Below are positions 39,987 to 51,396 of a stretch of 64,000 nt of DNA, piece after piece (position 1 is the stretch's first letter; every line of letters begins with the position of its first letter). The position numbers were made by a program, and so were the translations under genes. Source of the stretch: Pseudogymnoascus verrucosus (taxonomy: Eukaryota); NCBI GenBank assembly GCA_001662655.1, contig KV460217.1. The stretch is one strand, 5' to 3'. Under the pieces are notes generated by a model. That model was not told where the DNA came from, ran no database searches, and saw nothing but the letters and a program-made list of their open reading frames with translations.

Positions 39987-40544
39987 ATGGCGAGCTATGT
40001 CAAACCCAGCCCCCTCCCTCCCATCAACCGATACATTACAACCAATTCGGAAACAGGCACAGCACTCCTGGACGCTACCATCTCCAACACAGCCTCATGG
40101 ACCAGCGCCGGTGTAGCCAATTTCTTTCTTGGCTACTGCACGTCTGCCAACCCCGTCTCATTTAAAGCCGACGCCGACATTAAAGCCTATAGCAAGTATC
40201 TTGCTGAGCCTCCTGGCCTTGTCGTCCCCAATGGCACCGTCCTTCGCGTCGTCGACATGATGCCAGGTGAGCTATCGCCTATGCACCGAACCACCAGCTT
40301 GGACTACGGAGTCGTGCTAGAGGGCGAGGTCGAGTTGATTCTAGACGGAGGCGAGAAGAGAGTCATGAAGCGAGGGGATATTTGTGTGCAGAGAGGTACG
40401 AACCACGCCTGGAGGAATTGCAGCAATACGGAGTGGTCAAGGATGTTGTATGTTTTGACGGAGGCGTCACCGGTAGAATTAGAGGATGGAAACAAGTTGG
40501 AGGAAGATTTGGGGGGCATGGTAGGGGTGAGAAAGAGTGCCTAG
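39987..40544 (+). CDS. Cupin-2 domain protein
   Basis: SPMHRTTSLDYGVVLEGE, GDICVQRGTNHAWRN; intronless 185 aa. Confidence 0.9.
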   Translation: MASYVKPSPLPPINRYITTNSETGTALLDATISNTASWTSAGVANFFLGYCTSANPVSFKADADIKAYSKYLAEPPGLVVPNGTVLRVVDMMPGELSPMHRTTSLDYGVVLEGEVELILDGGEKRVMKRGDICVQRGTNHAWRNCSNTEWSRMLYVLTEASPVELEDGNKLEEDLGGMVGVRKSA

Positions 40545-40858
40545 TGACCTGGGCAGGGATATGGAGCGCAATTGTCATAGGTTTGGCTAGTTTATAGGAT
40601 GAAACAGATGAACTAACGAAGAACTGAGTCGCCCTCGCAAAATTATAAATAACTGATTTCGTGCCGCTACTATTTAAGATAAACAATGGAGACGCAAGGT
40701 ATGGATAATTTATCAATGTACTTTTACAATTTTGCCAGAAATAATTTCATTACTGTACCAAATCATTCATTTTTTATCTTACATTCAACTGTAACAATAA
40801 CAGTACTAAGATTTATGATGCTAAACTATATATAATCATGCCTGCCTTAATATGTTCT

Positions 40859-42921
40859 CTATCTTTTAGGTATAATTGGAAGTGTGACGTAGTTGTCTAT
40901 GCCTTCTCCAAAATGGAGATTGTTCGTCCCGGAAAAAATATTCTTGGATCTTTTGAAGAAATTAGCATGGAAGCGCAGAATTGCTTACGGCAAAAAGAGA
41001 AGAGCCATAGAACGAAAGCCACGACATACCTGTCTTTCACATTTGTGTGCGTAAAAATGCCACTCCCCTGAGTGTCTCCAGAGGAAATTTCAAATACTAT
41101 TCTACCCCCCTTTTCAGCGATCACGTTTGTCGGCCAGACCTCGACATCGACCGCGTAGATAGCATTAGGTTTGACCTCCTGGACATCGATTGAGCGGTAC
41201 TCGCGGTACGGCTGGTACTCGCTGTGGCGTGGGTGATCCGTGGCAACCTTCCGCAGTGAGACACGGAGCCAGCCTTTGGCGAGAGGGATAGGATCACCAG
41301 CAGTGCCAGTGTAGTGGACCTCTTTGCCGGACGGGTCGATGTAGCGTATGGTCACAAAAAGGTCGATGTCCTTCTGTGAGGCGGTAGCAGTGGAGTCCGG
41401 AGTTAAGGAAACATTTAAATGGGCAGTTATATGCCCTGTAATCTCAGTGTCGGCCTCAAATGGAGCACTGATGAATTGGACTAGCTGTGGACTTGAAAGA
41501 TTTCCAAGGGCTTCGTATGAGATGGTTGAAGAACCAACAAATGGGACAGTAGTAGAAAGGGTGTTCTCGGGTGTCAGATAGAACTTGGTATACTGTGTTC
41601 CCTCCAATGGCCATTCTGGCTCTTCTCGCCTTTCGTACACTTTTTCTGACTCTGCGTTATTGAATCCCACATTACCTTTGCGTAAGATGATGCTTACGGG
41701 TGCGACTTTGCCTGGAGTAGACCATCCAACTCTATCGTCACCTTTAAGAAAGGCATCAAGGAAGGATCTTTGAACCTCAACTTCCTCCTTGCAGTAGAAC
41801 GGCAGATCGTGGCGACCGGTAATAAAGCGAAGATACTTTAGCTTGGACCCTGCCCACTTGTACCCGTTGATGTTACCTATATGATCTGTTAGACATTACT
41901 AGTAGGTTATGGGTGATACAGTACTAACCTCTCAAATGTAACAATATCCCTCCCCAGTTAGCCACGGACAAAACAGGAACCTCGATATCCCCAAGGTTAA
42001 ATTCCTTGGATGCATAGTAAGTGTCGTCTAGAAATTTATTTTTCTCGTTGTCGATGTTCTGATCATTTCGATTCTGCATCAATACATCCTCAGGCAAATC
42101 ACCTTCAGCTGTGTCCTCGCCCCATTTGGATGCGGCGCGGCCAGGCTTTCCGTACTGATTCGTAACAACTTGTCGATTCCACCAAAATTTGATGAAGTCG
42201 TTTGATAATATACCGCCATGTCGACACCGATCACGATAGTAGTCTGTCATGCCTTCCCATGGCACTATTGCAGCGAGGCCCTTGGGCCTGCGTGCCGCTA
42301 CTCGCCACTGACTGCCTATTCATATCCATAAGTTGGTTTTCACTGTGAAACATAATGAGATACATACCTGCATAGTAACTTATTCCTAGCAAGCCCACCT
42401 TACCTGATGACCAAGGCTGCTCCGATGCCCATTCGACAACATCGAAAAAACACTCGCTCGTGCTTCTTGACATTGTGTCCAGCAAGCCTGGACTTTGTCC
42501 TAGTCCCCGCTCATCACATCGAACTACGACATAGCCCTTTGAAGTCCAGAACACCGGGTCGGGTGTCTCCCACGCGCTGTACTTGCTCTTATGCTCAGGA
42601 TTCACTTCCGAGAATGACTTGGCAAAGAAACTAGACGCAATTGTTAGTATGCAATCAAATTACGACGCGATAAAAGAATCCCAAGCTGTACAAATCAAAG
42701 GGTTCTTACTTGTCATAATGGATGTCTTTCCCGTACGGCCCATAGGTCACCAAAACTGGAAACTTCTCGTCTGCTGATTGGGATAACGGCCGATACACAT
42801 TGCAGCGTACGGGTAGAGGAGAATCTTTTAGAGGCACGGAAACATTCTTTTCGAATACTAGGTTGTTCTCTCTGTCCTCTGTGATTGTCAACAGATCCCT
42901 GATATTATTTGTGATTGACAT
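40859..42921 (-). CDS. CocE/NonD (peptidase S15-like) alpha/beta hydrolase
   Basis: VTYGPYGKD, WETPDP, DERGLGQSPG, GISYYAG nucleophile, ITGRHDLPFY, KGWLRVSLRK, EVWPT; several introns. Confidence 0.9.
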
Positions 42922-43116
42922 CTCCGCAAAATTGAAGACCGTAGTCTGGTAACGGGTTTAGTTGGTAGCAGATAGGGTATGACTTCAGGATATGTTGATA
43001 TCTAAAGTAAGTATTTAAGAGTATATAATATGTGGGGGTTTAAAGGAGCACGCAATTATAAATTGAGAAATGCGCTTCTTTGGTAAGAGTGGGAATAGGC
43101 TACCTACCCCCACCAC

Positions 43117-43128
43117 CGGGAAGTGGGG
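43117..43128 (+). promoter_or_regulatory. Cluster A motif CGG-GAA-GTGGGG upstream of the CocE/NonD hydrolase (near-copy cccacattccg at 43422)
   Basis: Matches CGG-N3-GTGGGG. Confidence 0.55.
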
Positions 43129-43474
43129 GTGGGTTATCATGTATCGGCAAGTTCTGACCAAGATTTTAGTCGGAACTAACTATTTGTTTCCCTCAAGGTT
43201 CGCACGGCATTCACGACCACTAAAAGTATGAGTACACTGCGCAGTAATTTGTTTCAAAGTACTTGAACGGAAGTACTACTTCAATTATCATGTTCGTTGC
43301 TGCCACTACTACCCCTGTGCCTGCTTTCAGCCTCCGACTCCGATTGGGTCTTGTCCCCCGGAGGAACTGCGTTGCCAGGTTTCCGATGTGCTTTTGCTCA
43401 TTGTTTTTTAATCCGTAATCACCCACATTCCGTATAGCCTGAACCTATTCCGGAGACAGGTAGACCTCCAAATC

Positions 43475-45058
43475 CTAGTTTTTGGTGTAGCCTTTCCGCT
43501 CCACCACCGTCCCACAAAAGTTCTCCGGCTTCACAAACCACCTACTCACCGATCTCCACTCTTTATTTCTCACCTCATCATCGAGAACAAATTCAAACCT
43601 CCTCACTACCTCCGGAATAAGTTTGCTCACCTCTAGCAAGCTCAAATTCTTTCCAATACATGTCCGACTACCCATCCCAAACGCAAAGAAATAACGCTCA
43701 ACATTTGCCCCATTGTTATGCTCCTTAATCTCTAACCAGCGCTCTGGCCGCCAGGTGTCTGCATCAGCCCCGTACACGGAAGTGTTACGATGTGCCACCC
43801 AGGCGTTGATGCCGACCGTGCAGCCAGCGGGGAATTTCTGCCCGGCAAGCGTGGCACCACAGGGAGGTACCACACGTGAGAGAGGTAATCCGGTGGCTGA
43901 GTGTAGGCGGAGGCCTTCTTTGATAACAGCTTGGAGGAAGGGAAGTTGGGTAGCTTCTTTGAAAGTGATTGGGTCAGAGATAGCACCTGCGGCTATGCCA
44001 GCGTCGATTTCGTTTTGGAGGCGCTTGTACGTAGCAGGGTGCTTAAGGAGATGATAGAGGACCGAGGAGAGCGTGATGGCGGTCGTGTCGCTACCTGCCC
44101 CAATGTTGCTCTGGCAGATGGTAAATAAGTCACTTGGTGTCATTTTCTCTGGATCTTCAGCACGAAGAGCCAGAAACTTAGACACAAAATCGGGTGGGCC
44201 ATCACGGTCTTGACTTTTGGGGTCTTTGAGCAACGCCTCTCGTGACGCGATCTGAGATTTGGTATAACCTGCGACATATCCGTGGCCCCCAGTAGATGGA
44301 AGAAGAGGGAAGAGGATATTGTGGAGCTTTGGGAATATGCCAACGTATGTGCTGTATGAACCTCGCGAGTCAATGGCTCCGAAGACTCCTTCCTTATCAA
44401 CGCCCATGTCGAGGAATCCAAAGCGCTTTCCAAATGTTATCTCGCCAATAACATCGAACGCGTAGCATTGGAACCAAAGCCCAAAGTTCACTTTCCGGCC
44501 GGTCTGAGCTATCTCATGGAAGCGCAAAACGAACAGACAGCTACAGTTATCAACAAACGGCTCGTAGCCCACAAGAGAGCTCATTGAGTATGCGGAAGCA
44601 AACTTGCGGCGTTGTACGCCATGGCGATGAGGGTTAAGGTCGGCAAAGAGGGACGCCTTGTCGGGATCTGGCGGCATCCATGCCCAGTACCATGGAGCCT
44701 GGTTAGTTCGTTAGATTAGTAAACTAAAGGCTGGAGATGGCCATCGAACCTTGACAAACGCATTTCCATGCCCGTAGATTATTTTCGCGGCTTCAACGTC
44801 GTCGATGGAATACTCATTCGGCGCAATCCGCACAACTGGCCCATACTTCTTATGGAGGTCGACATTCGTCCTCTCAAAATCGCCTTGGTATATTTTATAG
44901 AGATACCACAGACGTGTGAATCGTGCAAGAGGCGGTCCTGGAACGCTGCGTAGCGGATCAATGAGCCACGAGACCAAGCTAAAAACAACACAGAGAGCAG
45001 CTCCAAGAGGCAAAATACTGCCTAAAGACAGTGATAGTAATTCCTTCAACATTGACAT
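43475..45058 (-). CDS. Cytochrome P450 (pisatin-demethylase-like)
   Basis: N-terminal TM, PGP, YGPVVRIAPNE, AGSDTT, EGLR, PERW, FGMGSRTCIG; intron ~44700-44749. Confidence 0.94.
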
Positions 45059-45212
45059 TGCCACAAATGTTCTATTGCTCGACTTGAAGAATTACATAGG
45101 GAGTATGGCGTCTTATTATACGCTGTAATAGTGAAGCAAGCGTTGCATAGTTAACGGAAGGCAACTGATGTTCACCTGTGTGGGAATTGCGGGGTAATCC
45201 CCCCTCACTTAT

Positions 45213-45224
45213 CCCCACATTCCG
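45213..45224 (-). promoter_or_regulatory. Cluster A motif CGGAATGTGGGG upstream of the P450
   Basis: ccccacattccg, exact copy. Confidence 0.62.
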
Positions 45225-45514
45225 CGGCCCCAACCCGGCAATATCTAAACGACCCCGATAATCTTCTCGGCAGGCCGCCGCTCCCGAAATTCAATTACAA
45301 CGCTGACTTTTCGTGAACTACCGGGTCATTTTTCAGGTGCTGGAATGCGACTGTGCAAACCTTATAGATACCTATACCGATTTTCATTAGTAGGGTGACT
45401 CCGCAAGTCTTTTTCTACTAAAGACGGATAAGCTATTAGACATGAGACAAAACGATCCAACGATATAAGATTTAGCTAAAAATATACGTTTTCCTCATGC
45501 AAGAGTCTACGGAC

Positions 45515-47119
45515 CTATAACCGCGACGAGAAACCCACCTCAGTCGCTACCACTCCCTTCGCACCGGCTACCCTCGCTGCCGCAACACCTGCCCTCCGTC
45601 CAAACACAGCACCGCTCGTCAAACCACTGCCACCAGGATAATTGCCATAAAACAGACCTCCCAACATTTCACCTACGCAGAACAGGCCCTCCACCTCCCG
45701 GCCTGATTGCGAGATGACAGCAGTGCTAACTGGGTTTACAGACAGGCCCCCGAAGGTAAATGTGATACCACAGCATACCTTAACCGCCATAAATGGACCT
45801 TTGTCAACTGGGAGTGCCCAGTTCGACTTGGGTAGCACCAGCTTTACCGTAGAACTCTGCGTTGATAAGCCGTCTTTGACAGCGGGGTCCCAAATCAAGC
45901 TTGGCTTCTCCTTTTGTGATGCGTAGACGGCCGAGTTATATTCCTTAATAGTCGAGATAAAAGTCGCTGGCTCATTCAGCCCACGCTGCGCGCAATTCTC
46001 TGCCAGCTCTTCAAGCGTCGAACCCCAAATTTTCTCCACTACTGTATCACGGTATTCCTCGTCCCGAAGCCACGGAATCATGCGCTGATCCCATACCTGG
46101 AATGCCACTCCATCAGGTTGCCCATGGATCGCGCGCCCAAAGCGTGCATAGGTAAAATTCCGCATGTCAACTCCCTCGTCAACAAAGCGCTCGCCGCCGT
46201 TGTTCAACATTAGGCCTAGCGGATATCCGCTCTTAGTAAATTCGTTGGAGATGGCCCGGTCGCCGCTGTTCGCTGGTGCATTCGCGTCCCAGCATGTACT
46301 ATGGCACCCAGACCAGTTGCCAGCCTGCTTGGCATTCACATCCCGCATTGCAAATTCGAGAGCGTCACCAGTGTTATATGGGGTACCGCGAACGCGTGCC
46401 AGGTCCCACCCCGGACCGAGATATTGTGAGCGCATACGGGGGTTGGCTTCGAAACCGCCAGCGGCAAGGATCACTGCCTTCGTTTTAATTATTTTGTCGA
46501 TTCCTTGGACCTCAACAACGACGCCTGATACGGCACCCGTAGCTTGGTCCGTGATGATGCGTTTTGCGGCGGTTGAGTAATAGACCTCGATGCCGTGCCG
46601 GCGTGCGGCATTCTGGTGGTCTTGGATTAAGCCCTTCCCTCCCTCATCAGTCTTTAGGGACATGCCGCCCCAGAACTTGAAGCGGCCATTAACCTTGTAC
46701 GCCTGTCTGTTGAAAGAGAGTTGGAAGCGGATTCCCTGCTTCGCTAGCCACTTAACGGCCGCATTCGACTCCTCGATCAGGGCCTGGCTTAGTTCAGGAT
46801 CAGTTCTCCCCGAAGTCATCCGGTCAATATCCTTCCGGAATTCCGCCGGCGTGTAGGGTTCGAGGTCAATGAGCTTGGCCATTTCAGCCGTGACGTTGTT
46901 GACGATGGGAAGCAGATCTGCTGTGCCATTGTGCACGGTCCGAAAGGCGCCGGCAGTAAAGAAGCTGTTACCACCTGCCCATTCCTCAGGACACTTGTCG
47001 ATAATTACAACGCGCCCTGCACCAGCCTCTGCCGCCTGTATTGCTGCTGTGAAGCCCGCATTTCCACCACCAATAACGAGGACGTCGGCGGCGCTGGTGA
47101 CTGATGATAGAGAAGGCAT
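45515..47119 (-). CDS. FAD-dependent tricarballylate dehydrogenase TcuA/CobZ-like flavoprotein
   Basis: DVLVIGGGNAG, GGNSFFTAGAFR, AGGFEAN, GWDLARVRGTPYNTGD, GNWSGCHS, RFVDEG, GITFTFGGL, NYPGGSGLTSGAVFGR; intronless. Confidence 0.85.
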   Translation of the reverse strand: MPSLSSVTSAADVLVIGGGNAGFTAAIQAAEAGAGRVVIIDKCPEEWAGGNSFFTAGAFRTVHNGTADLLPIVNNVTAEMAKLIDLEPYTPAEFRKDIDRMTSGRTDPELSQALIEESNAAVKWLAKQGIRFQLSFNRQAYKVNGRFKFWGGMSLKTDEGGKGLIQDHQNAARRHGIEVYYSTAAKRIITDQATGAVSGVVVEVQGIDKIIKTKAVILAAGGFEANPRMRSQYLGPGWDLARVRGTPYNTGDALEFAMRDVNAKQAGNWSGCHSTCWDANAPANSGDRAISNEFTKSGYPLGLMLNNGGERFVDEGVDMRNFTYARFGRAIHGQPDGVAFQVWDQRMIPWLRDEEYRDTVVEKIWGSTLEELAENCAQRGLNEPATFISTIKEYNSAVYASQKEKPSLIWDPAVKDGLSTQSSTVKLVLPKSNWALPVDKGPFMAVKVCCGITFTFGGLSVNPVSTAVISQSGREVEGLFCVGEMLGGLFYGNYPGGSGLTSGAVFGRRAGVAAARVAGAKGVVATEVGFSSRL

Positions 47120-47460
47120 AGCACAGAGAGATGAAGTAATGATAGAAGATGAGAGTGAATGCTGCTTGAGAAGACAGTACCTACATGGCAGGCGACAGCA
47201 TCTAAATATTCGAGGGCATTGTGGGGATGTTCTGACTAAACGCAAGCTTTTGCTCGCGCCTTCTCTCAGCTGTAGATGAAAACTGTTTGGTGCCCTACCA
47301 CGTGAGAGGAGACGGAGGTTTTGAGGCCGAAGGATGACGCGGAACCCACTTGTATCGGGAAGCGGGTCTCTCCACACCCCAATGGCGCTGGGACCCCTGA
47401 ACGTACAGGGGATACCATGCCATCGGGTCGATCTAGGCGCAGGCCTCGGAGCTTGTCCGA

Positions 47461-47477
47461 CGGAGAGTTTCAGTCCG
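47461..47477 (+). promoter_or_regulatory. Cluster B motif CGG-N11-CCG (CGGAGAGTTTCAGTCCG)
   Basis: In the TcuA-like/aldolase divergent promoter; 16/17 identical to the site at 59274. Confidence 0.72.
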
Positions 47478-47679
47478 ACGACAAACTGACAGGATAACAA
47501 GGACGGCAGTGTTATCCGGATTTCTTGTACTTGTAATTGAGATGTATATCAATGGGGGATTCTCAAGGCTTGGAGCATGCTTCGCTAAGAAACTCAGATC
47601 AAGTCCATAAAGTACACCAAATATCCTGCTGCACACACACATATCACCTCAAGCCAACTTACTAAAACCACCACCCATT

Positions 47680-48671
47680 ATGGAGGCGTCAACCGTTACC
47701 TCGACCGTGACTAGTACCCACGAAGATATCAGTGGGAAGCTATTGCCTATTCCGGCCGATACGCCTAGCTCGCAAAATACAGTGGCCGACAACGGCAGCA
47801 GCTTCTTCGAGGAGGTGCATTTTTTAGGCGACAAGGCGGGCAAGGTCACCATCCGCTCTCCCCCGCGCTTCGATAACATCGAGGACCAACGTAAATATCA
47901 GAAGCAGCATCTCGCCGTCGCATTCCGGGTTTTTGCCCGCCAGGGCTTCGACGAAGGTGTTGCTGGCCACATCTGTAAGTCATGCGATTTCAACGTCACG
48001 TGGACTCATGAAAGCTTACAGACCCCCTAGCTCTCCGTGATCCCCTCAATCCCGAGTACTTTTGGATCAATCCGCTCAGCACGCACTTTTCGCAAATCCG
48101 CGTTAGTGATCTTGTTCTCGTCAATGAGCAGGGTGAAGTACAGCCTGAAGGCGCACAGGCGGCCATCAACGGCCCAGCCTTCGCGATCCACAGCGAGATT
48201 CACAAGGCGCGGCCAGACTTGAACGCCGCGTGCCACGCGCACTCGGTGTATGGGAAGGCATTCTCGTGCTTTGGTCGGCCTATTGAGATGATTTACCAGG
48301 ATGCGCTACGCTTCTACAACGACCTGGCCGTGTACCCGCGCTACGGCGGCACCGTCATCTCGACTGAAGAGGGCGCACGTATTGCGAAATCGCTGGGCAA
48401 CTGTCGCAGTATTATTCTCCAGAACCATGGCATGATTACATGCGGAGCGACGGTGGATGAGGCAGCTTTCTTGTTTATTGCTTTAGATCGCTGTTGCCAT
48501 GCGCAGTTGCTAGCGAATGCGGCAAGTGGACCTGGCTGGGAGAAGATTATTATTGGCAAGGAGGAGGCCGAGATGACGCATAAGAAGAGCGGGAATTCAA
48601 GTAAGATGTGGCTTGCATTTCAGCCGTATTATGATCAGGTGGTAAAGAATGAGCCGGATGTTTTAACATAA
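47680..48671 (+). CDS. Class II aldolase/adducin-family metalloenzyme
   Basis: GFDEGVAGHIS|LRDP, FWINP, AFAIHSEIH, AACHAHS, LQNHG; intron 47975-48030. Confidence 0.9.
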
Positions 48672-48729
48672 GGGGTATTTGAATAGGTTATTGTTTTATT
48701 TATTTAAAGGGGTATATACATATTTTAGA

Positions 48730-51358
48730 CAGTGTGCAGCGAATCGTGACTCGGCATGATTCGCCCCGAATCAGATTCGAATCATGATCTGATTCGGGCT
48801 ATTTCTCAATGATTCGAATCATGATTCGAATACTTGCCAAGATACATAATATGTCCAAGCGTCTAGCGGTGAAGGCTTGTCGCCGTCCTCAATATATAGC
48901 TTTTTAGATTAACATTTAATACAATTAATACAATCATTGTTATTATGAGTGATTCCGAGCTGTCTGACGTTCCTAAGGATCTTGATGATTATGTCGTCGA
49001 TAAAGATAACAGTAATGCGAGTGTATTCTCATCGTCTTCGCTGTCGTTACCACAAAGTAGTAATGATGGTATATTCTCATCGTCTTCGCTATCGTTACCA
49101 CAAAGCAGTACTACAATACTACAGCTACCAGCCACTCATTCTACTCTTTTTACGAAGAATCTATATTCTCGTACTATCTTAAGAGGCTCTCCTAATAAGA
49201 TGCAGTATACCTGTACACAAGAGAACTGTTCATATATGCCTAAAGCTAAACCGGTATCACAAAATACGATAAGCAATTTATGGAGACATATTGAGCTAAA
49301 GCACCTAGCTATCTTCGAAGCTTCTTCAAAATCTACTCGAAAACTGAAGGATAAAGACAATATCCGCCCTTAGAATCGTGCGTCTATGTCTAGATTCTTC
49401 AGGCCAAATCCCCAGAGTACAACGACTCTAGTTTCAAGCACTAAATTCCGAGAATTGCTGCTTGCGTTCATCGTTACGAATAATCTACCTATAAGATTAG
49501 TAGATAAATTCTCATTCCGGCAGCTCGTACATCATCTTAATCCTTCAGTCCTAAGTATCTCTTCAACGTCTTTGAAAAGGGATCTACATAGGCAGTTTTG
49601 CCATCATCGAGGGCAGCTACAACTACAACTACAGAAGCATATTATAGCAGGTGGACGATTATCACTTACAACTGATGCTTAGACTGCTACGAATAGAACG
49701 GATCATGCTGCTATTACTGTACACTAGATATCAAAAGATTAGGTCCAACACTTAAGAATCCTTAATGTGATAAATCTACTTGAGCCTATTCATTCTAGCG
49801 AATACCTAGCTCAGCAATTACTCTCAGTTACAGATGATTTCAAAATTACACATAGAGTCTTTACAATTACAAGAGACAATGCATTAAATAATACAGTAAT
49901 GCTCAACTAATACGAATTAAGAGCAGCAGATGTTCCGACGACGACGAATCAGCCATGGAGCTTTATAGTAAAAGATGGCGATGTACGATGTATAGCACAT
50001 ATTATAAATCTAGCTGTTTAAGCAGCTCTTACAACGATGAAAGCTATACTATCAGAAGAGCTTGAGAGTTATCGAGTTCAAGAGGGTTTAGCTTATGCTC
50101 GGATCAATGCTATCTATTCTAAAAAAGAAGAAGTTGTTAGCGCTTTAACAAAGCTTCGTAAGCACATCTATGTGTTTAGAAATCGTTGAGGGTAGAAGGA
50201 CAGTCTTCGTTCTCACGCCATTGCCACTGGAATCAAGCCTGTTACTCTTACGATTAATATGCTAGTAAGATGGAACTCAACGTATCATATGCTTCAAAAT
50301 GCATTGTTAATAGAGGCACCAATTACAGCGCTTTGTGCGTTACAGACTCTTGATATAAGCATGCGGGATATCCAGATTACTTCGAAGGAATGGGAATTAC
50401 TTCATGCTCTTATAGATTTCTTCGAGATTTTCAAGCGTATCTCAGAAAAGGTGCAAGCAGATGGGTATCCAACACTTAACTACTGTGTTCCATATTATCT
50501 ACGACTAATGGATAAAATCAAGAAGATGAAGAAGACTATGAAGCACATATCTATCGACGAAGCTTGTACTGCTGCGTTTAACAAATTAGACGACTATTTC
50601 TCACTTGCAACAAGCCAACGGTCAAGCCATTCAACAGTTGCAACAATATGCGATCCTCGGTTTAATTTTAGTATATTTAACTTCTATTTACTAGAAAGCT
50701 TTTATAACATAAGCAAAGAGCGAGCAAGAGCACAGTTTGCAGCTTGTTATAACAAGTATAAAGCACAGGACAATGACATTCGAGCAGAGGAAATAGATGC
50801 TATGCATAACGAGGATGAGAATATACCTCGAGAAGTAGACTCTGAGGATGAGATGTTTAAGCATCGAAAGCCTATACTTCAAGAAGTCGAATGGAGACGG
50901 TAGCTTAATGAGCTAGGAGTTGATAAGCCTAATACTAATGTTCTTAAATATTAGCAAGCAAAGCAGTATTAGTATCTAATAATTGCACAAATAGCTCGAG
51001 ACTATTTGGCAATTCTAGCAACATCAGTAGCATCAGAACGAGTCTTTAGCTAAGGAGCTGACATTGTTACGAAGAAAAGGAATAGACTATTACCTTTAAC
51101 AATCAGATACTTACTATGTCTACGGGATTAGGGGGTAATTGTCGATGATGAGGATGTCGAAGATATAAGTCAAGATATGGGTTAGGCATAGTTAAATATT
51201 TTTCGTAGTTTTCAATATTCCATACACTCTATTTCAGCCTCAAAGATTCGAATCATGACTCGAATCAGATTCGAGTCATGATTCGGCGAATACCTCAAAA
51301 ATATGAATGATTCGGCGGATCGCCGAATAGTATTCGGGGGGTGATTCGCCGCACACTG
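48730..51358 (+). mobile_element. Complete hAT-superfamily DNA transposon, RIP-inactivated
   Basis: 8-bp TSD ATTTTAGA (48722-48729 / 51359-51366); TIR CAGTGTGC(A/G)GCGAATC 15/16; subterminal GATTCGAATCATGA repeats. Confidence 0.95.
48945..51185 (+). pseudogene. hAT transposase remnant (BED-like finger, DDE core, dimerisation domain)
   Basis: SLTTDA*, ITRDNA, VRCIAHIINLAV, VRWNSTY, ATICDPRF, ARDYLAI.ATSVASERVFS; many TAG/TAA stops at Trp/Gln positions. Confidence 0.9.
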
Positions 51359-51396
51359 ATTTTAGATTGGAATTCGAATAAAAAAATATAAAAAGT

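Noticed and set aside
47120..47500. Upstream extension of the 661-aa TcuA-like ORF
   Set aside because: Non-ATG start overlapping the divergent promoter and its motif; the FAD-binding motif follows ATG 47119
48730..48830. Short palindromic repeats that might suggest a CRISPR-like array
   Set aside because: No repeat-spacer periodicity, eukaryotic context, and explained as hAT subterminal repeats
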